Of a stretch of DNA of 32,000 nt, positions 16,925 through 25,258 are shown one piece after another; within the stretch, counting starts at the first letter, position 1; the number at the start of each line of letters is the position of its first letter. The stretch is from Candidatus Harpocratesius repetitus (GTDB lineage: Archaea > Asgardarchaeota > Lokiarchaeia > Sigyniarchaeales > Promethearchaeaceae): positions 1,380,001-1,412,000 of the forward strand of contig JAIZWK010000001.1 in assembly GCA_021498095.1 (NCBI GenBank). The letters run 5' to 3'. A model generated the notes under the pieces. It saw nothing but the letters and a program-made list of their open reading frames with translations, did no database searches and was not told where the DNA came from. Position numbers and translations under genes: made by a program.

Positions 16925-18052
16925 GTGAATTTAACCATTAATCCTAAATTTTCTGCGATTTCGAATTTCAGAAAATATACACTAATATCTATTTCTTATA
17001 TTTTGCTTTTCTTAGCTGTAGCCCCAAACTTTTATTATATTAATTGTGAAATTACTCCAAATTCTTATAATACGCTTATTCCTCATATTCAACCTTCTCA
17101 ACAGTCTAATCAGATTGTTTCTCTGTCTTATAATGTTTACTATGAAATACATGATGAGACAAAAGAAAGTGATGAATTTTTGATATCCATGCTCATTAAT
17201 GGAACAAATTTGATTTATGAAAATGGAACAATTCAATATCGATTATCGAAGCCAATTTTAAATCCTACAGTAGTTAATGCGCTATCTTTCATATTTGGAG
17301 AAGAACAGGCAGGATTTTTAGCAAATAATGAAAATAATTTGTCTTTACTCACAGAATTCTCATATCGTCGAGAACGATTGAATGATGTAAATTCAAATCA
17401 AGATTTTACTATTAATTCAACCTATACAATTTTTTGGCTTAATAGTTCAGATCGACCAACGAATTTCCTTCATGATTATCAGCAAATTCCGTTTTTCCAA
17501 GTATCTGGCCCCATAATGTTTACTTTACGAAAAGATCATCCAGACGTTGCTTCACCAAAGTGGAGTCCAGACATTCGAGATTTACGTAAAAATAATCCCA
17601 TTTTGCCAACTTATTATCTTACACTCAATTTAAATAATCAAATCACCGTTAAATTATATTATGATATGACTTGGAGTCTTTTACTTCGTGCAGAAGTGCA
17701 GTATGTTAATCCTAATGATGAATCAAATACATATTTCATCCGTATGTATCTTGAATCGTCTTCTCTTCCTTTCACCTTTTCTGATTCCAATCCTTATCGA
17801 GAAGAATATTTAAAAAACCTAACAATTGTGTTATCGATTATTGGAAGTATTATTGTTATTGCAACATCCATTGGATTTTTAATGTATCGAAACCGAAAAA
17901 ATAAAGCTGAAGATAGAATAAAAGCTGAAAAAAACACTTCACATGGAGAAGTGGAAAGTAATAATTTGGAATCGAATAAAGGAATTAAAAAGAAAAAGAA
18001 AAAGAAAAAAGGTAAGAAATTAGATTCTCAATCTATATTAAATCGAATTTAA
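16925..18052 (+). CDS. Predicted cell-surface membrane glycoprotein (N-terminal signal/anchor, C-terminal TM, poly-Lys tail)
   Basis: Hydrophobic N-terminus; sequons NGT x2, NLS, NST, NSS, NLT; TM LTIVLSIIGSIIVIATSIGFLMY followed by RNRKNK and KKKKKKKGKK. Confidence 0.7.
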   Translation: MNLTINPKFSAISNFRKYTLISISYILLFLAVAPNFYYINCEITPNSYNTLIPHIQPSQQSNQIVSLSYNVYYEIHDETKESDEFLISMLINGTNLIYENGTIQYRLSKPILNPTVVNALSFIFGEEQAGFLANNENNLSLLTEFSYRRERLNDVNSNQDFTINSTYTIFWLNSSDRPTNFLHDYQQIPFFQVSGPIMFTLRKDHPDVASPKWSPDIRDLRKNNPILPTYYLTLNLNNQITVKLYYDMTWSLLLRAEVQYVNPNDESNTYFIRMYLESSSLPFTFSDSNPYREEYLKNLTIVLSIIGSIIVIATSIGFLMYRNRKNKAEDRIKAEKNTSHGEVESNNLESNKGIKKKKKKKKGKKLDSQSILNRI

Positions 18053-18072
18053 TAGCAAAAGTGGAATTAAAC

Positions 18073-18489
18073 ATGAGTAAAAATCGCAATAACATAAATA
18101 TCGAAAATATAAGTAATTTTTTATCGTTTTTTACCCATTTTCTTCAATTTAGCGGGATTATAGAAATGGTTATTGCTGTTGGTTTTTTTTTCTTGCCTTT
18201 AGTTGCTGATAGTTTTGGAATCGATTTGGGGATTCCATTATTTTACTTGTTCGCTGCAGTGGAATTCTTAACTCTCGGATTTCTGCTGTGGTACGCTGCT
18301 CGTGATCCGAAGAAATATAGAATTATTATTGTTTCTTCATGTGCTTTCCGATTTCTAATGATTATTCCTGAACTTACAACCATCATTTTGTATCCACAAT
18401 TCTCTTTGATATTATTTATAGGACTTGCTTATGATTGGATTTCTTCCATTTTTACGCTCATTTCAATGAAATATTTAAATTTCCTCTAA
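18073..18489 (+). CDS. Small membrane protein (about 4 TM)
   Basis: Four hydrophobic stretches; ATG 18073 preferred over GTG 18061. Confidence 0.7.
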   Translation: MSKNRNNINIENISNFLSFFTHFLQFSGIIEMVIAVGFFFLPLVADSFGIDLGIPLFYLFAAVEFLTLGFLLWYAARDPKKYRIIIVSSCAFRFLMIIPELTTIILYPQFSLILFIGLAYDWISSIFTLISMKYLNFL

Positions 18490-18503
18490 AATTTGGTGCT
18501 AAA

Positions 18504-19208
18504 ATGATATACATTGTTCGCTTCTTTCAAGGAAATGCTTCTAGATTATCATACTTAATTTTTTATTCATTGAATATACTTTTATTTCTTGCAGGTGCTC
18601 TTATCTTAAGTCAATTTTATCCTAATGGATATAATTTTTGGGAAAATACGATAAGCAGTTTAGGAAGTTATAAAAAGAATCCTATTGGTGCATTTTGGTG
18701 GAATTTAATTTTATTTATTTTTGCAATTATATTAAGTGGAAATATTTCCTTTATTTATCAGCAAATTCAAAATTTAAATAATTTTTTGACACTAAAGCAA
18801 AGTAGAAATAAAAGAATTCGAAAAATAAATTTGCTGCTTGTGATTTTCGCCATTGTTGGGATTTTTGGTGTGTCTATTTTTCCTGAAGAACTTGGGGTTA
18901 TTCATGTAATATTTGCAGTTATGTTTTACTTCGGAATCGTTATTTGGCTAAACATTGTCATCTGGTGGGCAATTTCCTTAAAAAGATCTCGTAAAATATT
19001 AAGTATTCCTATAGTATTTTTAGATATTGTTTTTATACTTACTCTTTTTCTACCAGAATTTTCAGTTCCTTTTCTATTCCAGAATTATGCTACCTTTCTG
19101 TTTTCTTTTCCATTTTGGGAATGGTTCTGCTTTTTAGTTATTTATTTTGTTATCGGATACGCTAATTGGTTCGTGCTCTACCTTAAATCAGATACTAAAA
19201 TCAAGTAA
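18504..19208 (+). CDS. DUF998-like membrane protein
   Basis: GYNFWENTISSLG motif, GIFGVSIFPE..HVIFA, multiple TMs; start moved to ATG 18504. Confidence 0.7.
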   Translation: MIYIVRFFQGNASRLSYLIFYSLNILLFLAGALILSQFYPNGYNFWENTISSLGSYKKNPIGAFWWNLILFIFAIILSGNISFIYQQIQNLNNFLTLKQSRNKRIRKINLLLVIFAIVGIFGVSIFPEELGVIHVIFAVMFYFGIVIWLNIVIWWAISLKRSRKILSIPIVFLDIVFILTLFLPEFSVPFLFQNYATFLFSFPFWEWFCFLVIYFVIGYANWFVLYLKSDTKIK

Positions 19209-19285
19209 TTATATATTCCACTTATTCAAGATACAATTAAAAAAACACCTTAAAATTTATTATTCATCTTGAATCAGATACCTTA

Positions 19286-19302
19286 GGGTTAAATATTAAC
19301 CC
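19286..19302. promoter_or_regulatory. Palindrome GGGTTAA-ATA-TTAACCC, candidate operator
   Basis: Perfect 7-3-7 inverted repeat ending 14 nt before the DUF211 start. Confidence 0.35.
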
Positions 19303-19316
19303 AGTGAATTAAAAAA

Positions 19317-19637
19317 ATGTCTAGTGAAAATGAATCAGCTGAAAAACCTATGATCCGACGATTGGTTTTGGATATCTTGAAGCCTTTTGACCCCGAAATT
19401 AATATTGTTGCAAAAGAACTGATTAATCGATGTTCAAGCAGCGATGTTTCGGTCAATATCACTGTTTACGAAGTGGATAAATTAACCACAACCTGTAAGG
19501 TTATAATTGAAGGTACTCATTTAGATTACGATGAAATACAGGAAATCTTAATAAGCATGAATTGTGTTATTCATTCCCTGGACCAAGTTGTAGCAGGAAG
19601 CAAATTGGTTGAAGATATCGATACTCCGCTGGATTAG
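19317..19637 (+). CDS. DUF211 family protein
   Basis: IRRLVLDILKP, VNITVYEVD, IIEG..LDYDEI, VIHSLDQVVAG match the archaeal DUF211 pattern. Confidence 0.85.
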   Translation: MSSENESAEKPMIRRLVLDILKPFDPEINIVAKELINRCSSSDVSVNITVYEVDKLTTTCKVIIEGTHLDYDEIQEILISMNCVIHSLDQVVAGSKLVEDIDTPLD

Positions 19638-19715
19638 TGGACAGGTTTTTTAAAAAAAACTTGAAATCTTTTCGACAATAAAATTTTTACTTTTTATTTT
19701 TATTTTTAATTATAT

Positions 19716-19742
19716 CGGGAAAAATCATCAACAGATTTCCCG
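19716..19742. terminator. Imperfect hairpin between convergent DUF211 and 5S array
   Basis: CGGGAAA(AA)TC...GATTTCCCG inverted repeat flanked by T-rich tracts. Confidence 0.3.
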
Positions 19743-19891
19743 AATTATTATTTTCCTTTAAAAATTTGATAAATATAGTTTAATTAAACTTCTATTCATC
19801 AAAAAATAAATTCAAGCCTACAGGAAAAATCATTTAATTTTTAATTTGTGATGAAAATTTAATATGATAATTATTCAAAATCAGAATGGGA

Positions 19892-20010
19892 GTCTCTCAG
19901 TTTTAAGTTTTGCAATATTCGAGATATCACTACTTACTTAAACGCATCGGAATTTAATTTCTGTGTTCGGAATGGGAACAGATGGAACTTCCGACCTATG
20001 ACCGAGAGAC
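19892..20010 (-). rRNA. rrf: 5S rRNA (copy 1)
   Basis: 119 nt. Helix I GUCUCUCGG/CUGAGAGAC, helix II GUCGGAA/UUCCGAU, helix III and loop C CAUCUGUUCCCAUUCCGAACACAGAA, helix UUUAAGU/ACUUAAA, loop E AGUA, terminal helix GUGAUAU/AUAUUGC. Confidence 0.95.
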
Positions 20011-20031
20011 AATTAATTCAGTAATGCAAAA

Positions 20032-20039
20032 TATTTAAA
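20032..20039 (-). promoter_or_regulatory. TATA box TTTAAATA for 5S copy 1 (repeated at the same offset in each unit)
   Basis: Lies at -29..-22 from the 5S 5' end and is preceded by purine-rich AAGGCAAG (BRE-like). Confidence 0.6.
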
Positions 20040-20265
20040 CTTGCCTTGTCGCGCCCAGTTCCCACCATCCTTTTTGAATTTTATTGAATTGTAATATATT
20101 TGATATTTATTTGATAAATTAAGAAAAATGCAGGAAAATATGATAAATTCATTTTAATTAAATTTCTATTCATCAAAAAATAAATTCAAGCCCACAGGAA
20201 AATTCATTTAATTTTTAATTTGTGATGAAAATTTAATATGATAATTATTCAAAATCAGAATGGGA

Positions 20266-20384
20266 GTCTCTCAGTTTTAAGTTTTGCAATATTCGAGATA
20301 TCACTACTTACTTAAACGCATCGGAATTTAATTTCTGTGTTCGGAATGGGAACAGATGGAACTTCCGACCTATGACCGAGAGAC
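20266..20384 (-). rRNA. rrf: 5S rRNA (copy 2)
   Basis: Identical to copy 1. Confidence 0.95.
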
Positions 20385-20640
20385 AATTAATTCAGTAATG
20401 CAAAATATTTAAACTTGCCTTGTCGCGCCCAGTTCCCACCATCCTTTTTGAATTTTATTGAAATGTAATATATTTGATATTTATTTGATAAATTAAGAAA
20501 AATGCAGGAAAATATGATAAATTCATTTTAATTAAATTTTTATTCATCAAAAAATAAATTCAAGCCTACAGGAAAAATCATTTAATTTTTAATTTGGGAT
20601 GAAAATTTAATATTATAAATTATTTAAAATCAGAATGGGA

Positions 20641-20759
20641 GTCTCTCAGTTTTAAGTTTTGCAATATTCGAGATATCACTACTTACTTAAACGCATCGGA
20701 ATTTAATTTCTGTGTTCGGAATGGGAACAGATGGAACTTCCGACCTATGACCGAGAGAC
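20641..20759 (-). rRNA. rrf: 5S rRNA (copy 3)
   Basis: Identical to copies 1 and 2. Confidence 0.95.
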
Positions 20760-21307
20760 AATTAATTCAGTAATGCAAAATATTTAAACTTGCCTTGTCG
20801 TGCCCAGTTCCCACCATCCTTTTTGAATTTTATTGAAATGTAATATATTTGATATTTAACTGATAAATTAAGAAAAATAATTAGCATAGTAAAAGGAAAA
20901 TTGAAAAAAGAAAAATAAAAAAAAAATTGTCTTTTTGGTTTAATTCTACTTTCTTCGAGGCCAACTAATTTTTGTTTATTTACAATTTCGATCATGAGGT
21001 ATCAGGAAATTTTATATTCCATTTGTTCTATTTCTAACAATTTTTAACCGAAATATGCATGTGATTTTTTTAACTTATCGAAATTCATTATTAACTGAAT
21101 TCTCTTATTATAATATTGATTACTCGTCAATAACTTTAATCACTTAATCATTTGAGTTAACGCGCTTTGATATAGATATACTATTTCTTATTTATAAGAA
21201 TTATAGAAAATTTTTCCACACAAAAAACCAAAAAAAATGAACATCTAGTTAAAAAGAAATTGAAAAAATATAATTTCTCAAGATAAGTTCCATACTTTTA
21301 TGGACTT

Positions 21308-22417
21308 CTAAAGAAAATCTTGGGTGCAGTACTGTAATGCATTTAGGAATTCGAAAGCAATGCCGAAAATATGTGGAGAGAGTTCCGTTCGGGGATCATG
21401 TTCTAGCGAAAAATAATGTGGAATATCCTTTTCTTTTAATAGATCATGCATATTTTGTGCAAAAGAAAATAAACCATACTCATCATGAGAATCGCAAGAC
21501 AACCAAATTTTCATAGAACGCAAGTTTTCTGGATTTTCTTCAAATATACGTAGTAAATCATATTTCTGCCAGTTTTTCCAAGCCTGTTCATCATATGAGA
21601 TTAAATTTCCTTTAGAATCGAACTTTAAACTTGGAAGAAGGGGTCTATTGCCTGAAAAAATCATGTCTTGAGTCTCTAAAATATCTTCAAACATCATTTT
21701 TCCAAATTTTTGAGCTAATCGATGTCCCAGTAAACGTGAAATTAATGGAACAACCAAGTCCCATTGTAGTAGTTCTAATAGTGTATTAGCAGGGCTCAAG
21801 GCGGCAAATGCAGAAAAAAGATTAGAGAATTTATGTCCCAAATAAAGTGCGCCAAAACCACCCATTGAACCACCTATCAAGACGCGGTGTTCACGATCTG
21901 GAATGGTACGAAAGTGTGAGTCTATATATTTGATAATATCTTGAGAAATATAATTCGCATAATTACCAGAAAAAGGGGAATTAACATAAAAACTTCCTTT
22001 TGTTGAGCGGGCACCATCAAGACCTTTCAATCCACCTTTAACTCTGAGATGTAAACTTGCATCAGGTTGAACTATAATCATTGGTGGAAGCTTATGGTGT
22101 TTAATCATTTTGTCAATATGAATATACGTGGGGACTTTATCAATATGAAGTCCGTTTCCAATTGATTTCATTAATATTTTTATTGGCTGCCAAGAAATCA
22201 AATCCAAATCGGGCATTAAAAGCCAATTTCCTGCATGTCCATCATATCCATGTAAAACATAAACCACTGGATAATGATTATCAAAATTTTGATAATAATC
22301 TGGTGGAAGATAAACGCTAACAATTCGATTTACAGGACTTTTTAGTGGATTAGTTTCTAAACTACGAGAATGTATCGTGTTTAGCAAATATCGGGGGTGT
22401 TTTGATTGATATTCCAT
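21308..22417 (-). CDS. Putative esterase (alpha/beta hydrolase, Fes/antigen-85-like)
   Basis: VYLPPDY, YPVVYVLHG, nucleophile elbow GGSMGG, candidate Asp (HDEYG) and His (SPHIFG); start at ATG 22417. Confidence 0.88.
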   Translation of the reverse strand: MEYQSKHPRYLLNTIHSRSLETNPLKSPVNRIVSVYLPPDYYQNFDNHYPVVYVLHGYDGHAGNWLLMPDLDLISWQPIKILMKSIGNGLHIDKVPTYIHIDKMIKHHKLPPMIIVQPDASLHLRVKGGLKGLDGARSTKGSFYVNSPFSGNYANYISQDIIKYIDSHFRTIPDREHRVLIGGSMGGFGALYLGHKFSNLFSAFAALSPANTLLELLQWDLVVPLISRLLGHRLAQKFGKMMFEDILETQDMIFSGNRPLLPSLKFDSKGNLISYDEQAWKNWQKYDLLRIFEENPENLRSMKIWLSCDSHDEYGLFSFAQNMHDLLKEKDIPHYFSLEHDPRTELSPHIFGIAFEFLNALQYCTQDFL

Positions 22418-22620
22418 AATAATGACCAAAATTGTGGAAAAAACTGTAAATTACAAACGATCAAACTCAAATAACTTGATCTATTAAATGAAGAGTACTT
22501 TTAGATGAATGAATATCTATGTCCATATGTTTTAAATTTAGAATATGAATCGATTGAATAATAAATGATTAATTTTTTCCTTTTTTTATTTTTTATAGAA
22601 TGTTGATTTCTTTATTCCAG

Positions 22621-23196
22621 TTATTGATTTGTCTCCTGCATTTGCATATATTCTTTAAAAAGTCTATTTGATTCTTCCAATAATAATTCTGAAATTAATG
22701 AAAATGATCTTTCGACATTTTTACCTGTTTTTGATGAAAGTTCGATATGTTGCACACATGAATGTTTCATTGCAATTTCTTGAGCATATTCTGGTGAAAC
22801 CTTACGATATGATTCTAAATCGCATTTAGAACCAATTAAAAAAATAGGTATGTTTCCTGCATTTTTTCTTACAATTTCTAACCAGATTCCAATGCTTTCT
22901 AATGATTTTTCAGATGTAATATCGTAAAGAAAAAGTGCTGCATTTGATCCCTTGCTATATGTGGGCAGTAAAAAGCGAAATCTCTCTTCACCGCCAAAAT
23001 CCCAAATTTGAAGCTTTACTTTTTTACCATTAACTAATCTGACTTTTTTGGAAAAGAAATCAACGCCAATAGTAAGTCGGGGTGAATCAATGAACACACC
23101 TGTTATATATCGATGAGTTAGACTAGTTTTGCCAACTGATGCATCACCTAACATGAGAAGTTTGTAAGTAAAGTCTGTGCTCAATATTGTCACCAT
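22621..23196 (-). CDS. Rab-like small GTPase (Ras superfamily)
   Basis: G1 GDASVGKT, G2 TIGVDF, G3 WDFGGE, G4 SKCD, G5 SSK; RabF-like IGVDF, KLQIW, RFRFLL, YSKGS, LYDIT. Confidence 0.95.
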   Translation of the reverse strand: MVTILSTDFTYKLLMLGDASVGKTSLTHRYITGVFIDSPRLTIGVDFFSKKVRLVNGKKVKLQIWDFGGEERFRFLLPTYSKGSNAALFLYDITSEKSLESIGIWLEIVRKNAGNIPIFLIGSKCDLESYRKVSPEYAQEIAMKHSCVQHIELSSKTGKNVERSFSLISELLLEESNRLFKEYMQMQETNQ

Positions 23197-23615
23197 ATAA
23201 AGATTATTTTTTTTCTAAGAATAGGAAATATCTGGCCGTTTTTGAACGGGATAATTGGAATATAAGAATTCGAATCCTACAAAATAATATGTGGCACCAA
23301 CTAATAAAGATTTATTCGATAAAGATAAAGTTAGAGTGAAAGAAAAGTTATTATAATATACTTAAAATAGATATCAAAAAGAAGCAATAGAAACGAATTA
23401 TTGTAGCCAAGAGTGAGATTTATTTTCATCGATAAAAAATTCATTCTCAAATAAACACTATAACCTCTTGGCTATTGTTATTAACTTAATTTCGATAATT
23501 AATATTTACTTTAATCAGAAAGAAAAGAAAGTATGAAAATCAATAAAAAATATTCAATCTATTGGAAAATACAAATAAAATAAGAAGAAATCAAAATTTG
23601 AAAAAATTAGGTTGT

Positions 23616-25211
23616 TTAGAATATAGTATCAAGCCTTTCATGGCGATTTTCTAAAAATGGGGGCTGAAATGAGATAGTTGAGAGTGGTTTTGATAGATAA
23701 TTATTTTGTTCCTTATGAATGATATCAAGATGATTAATGTGATTAATTAATTTTGCTTCAGGAAAATTTAATTGGGTTAAAAGTGGTTTTAAAATAAATT
23801 CAACATCTTTTTCAGAAAGATGCGCACGTAAATGGGCTTCTATCTGGGGGAGTGGTAAAGTGCATTGTGGTTCAATGACTGCTAATGGCGTTAATTGATT
23901 GATGATTTCAATAAATTTCTTCTGATATTCTGATAAATTTAATTGAGAAGGACAAAACATTTCAAAGCGAACAGGTAAATCTGAAGAAGATAATCTAAGA
24001 TATGAATATAGGACATGATATTTTATTTTTATGCTGAATAATAAAGAGATTAATTGAGTTTCATTTTTATTCGGTGCACAATTAAAATCTTGAGTAATTG
24101 TAGATAATGAAGGTGGATTTATTTTGAATTCTCTATTTTCTTGAATGATTACCGTACGGGAACCTGGATGCATAATTCGATATAACAGTTCATAATCTGA
24201 AAATGCCATTAATTCTTTTCTGAAATTAAACTGCATTAATGAAGGCCCAGATAAATTAACTCTTGTTGTATTTAGTTTTTTTAATAGGATCGGAAGACTT
24301 CGGATAATCAGATCTCGTAGTTGATTTGTTCGAGAATCTTTCACAGAACCAATTAAGGCAATATTATTAGTGGCGCATAAATCATAGAGATGATGATAAC
24401 TATATATAACATCAAGACATAATTGGGGAAACTTCTGTATTATTCCATAAAATCGACTACTAGGGGGAAGATGCACACTTCCATCAAGTATTATTATATT
24501 TGGGAAAGAATTTTCAGAATTTGGGATTAATGATGATTCATGTGCACATTTTTCAATATATTGTATTATCATCGAGTTTTCAGCTAAAATTCTACGAAAA
24601 TTAGCAACAGCGGAAAGATTTTGAGAACGATGAATACCAAAGTCAGAATAGAGTGTAAAATTTTCATCCTTTTCAACTGCAGGAAAATAGGATATTTTAG
24701 GATGAGAAGGTTCCGTAAAATCATATTCTACGACAACTGCCTTAATTAGAGTCAGATCTAATCCTTGATATTCCCTGATTCCAAGACCTCCATCAACAGC
24801 TGCGATTTTTTTCCCTTTGAGAATTTTCATATCTGGAATTGCAGTATTGGGCAGAGGCTGAAAAAAAGTAGACTCCGTAAATGGATGAAAAGTTGATTTT
24901 CCATATTGAGTTAAGTCCAAAAAAGGGTGAAAGCAGAATTCACTACAGAAAACATCTAAAAATTTTCTTCTTTCTTCTAAATGTGTTCGTATTGCTTGAA
25001 TTTGAGCTTGAAGATCTAATGAAAGTAGTTCTATTCGAGAGTGAAAAGATTTTTTTTTAAAATATTGTAGCGGATAATTACTAAAATTTTCATTTTCTAA
25101 ATTATTTTTCTTGTATGATTTGCTTTGAGAAGTTGAAACAGGAGAAAAATATGATTCTTCCCATTTAATAAAATTACGCGCCATTAAGCATTCAAACAAA
25201 GGAATTTCCAT
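23616..25211 (-). CDS. nurA: NurA-family 5'-3' nuclease
   Basis: IAAVDGG, IILDGSV, GSVKDSR, VRFE, LPLPQIEAH..AH follow the NurA motif order. Confidence 0.8.
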   Translation of the reverse strand: MEIPLFECLMARNFIKWEESYFSPVSTSQSKSYKKNNLENENFSNYPLQYFKKKSFHSRIELLSLDLQAQIQAIRTHLEERRKFLDVFCSEFCFHPFLDLTQYGKSTFHPFTESTFFQPLPNTAIPDMKILKGKKIAAVDGGLGIREYQGLDLTLIKAVVVEYDFTEPSHPKISYFPAVEKDENFTLYSDFGIHRSQNLSAVANFRRILAENSMIIQYIEKCAHESSLIPNSENSFPNIIILDGSVHLPPSSRFYGIIQKFPQLCLDVIYSYHHLYDLCATNNIALIGSVKDSRTNQLRDLIIRSLPILLKKLNTTRVNLSGPSLMQFNFRKELMAFSDYELLYRIMHPGSRTVIIQENREFKINPPSLSTITQDFNCAPNKNETQLISLLFSIKIKYHVLYSYLRLSSSDLPVRFEMFCPSQLNLSEYQKKFIEIINQLTPLAVIEPQCTLPLPQIEAHLRAHLSEKDVEFILKPLLTQLNFPEAKLINHINHLDIIHKEQNNYLSKPLSTISFQPPFLENRHERLDTIF

Positions 25212-25258
25212 TTGAAAATAAATAGTGCGAAGGTTTAGTTGTTTATTAAATACATTTG

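Larger units (their letters stand above)
19779..20878. repeat. Tandem direct repeat, about 2.9 units of 374-375 bp, each carrying a 5S rRNA gene
   Basis: The same sequence recurs at offsets of +374 and +375. The spacers differ by a few substitutions and a 1-bp indel. Confidence 0.97.

Noticed and set aside
19779-20878. Repeat array as CRISPR, satellite or MITE cluster
   Set aside because: Units are 374-375 bp with no unique spacers and no cas genes; the conserved core folds as 5S rRNA.
20762-20995. 77-aa minus-strand ORF
   Set aside because: Runs through the third 5S promoter and low-complexity T/A tracts; most likely spurious.
23260-23282. tRNA T-loop-like TTCGAATCC (a similar GGTTCGATCC lies near 9835)
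   Set aside because: No T-stem, acceptor stem or anticodon arm can be formed; the second lies inside the ATPase CDS.
23404-23474. SECIS element (Asgard selenoprotein signal)
   Set aside because: No correctly placed UGA/GA quartet with a helix and apical AA, and no neighbouring ORF has an in-frame TGA.
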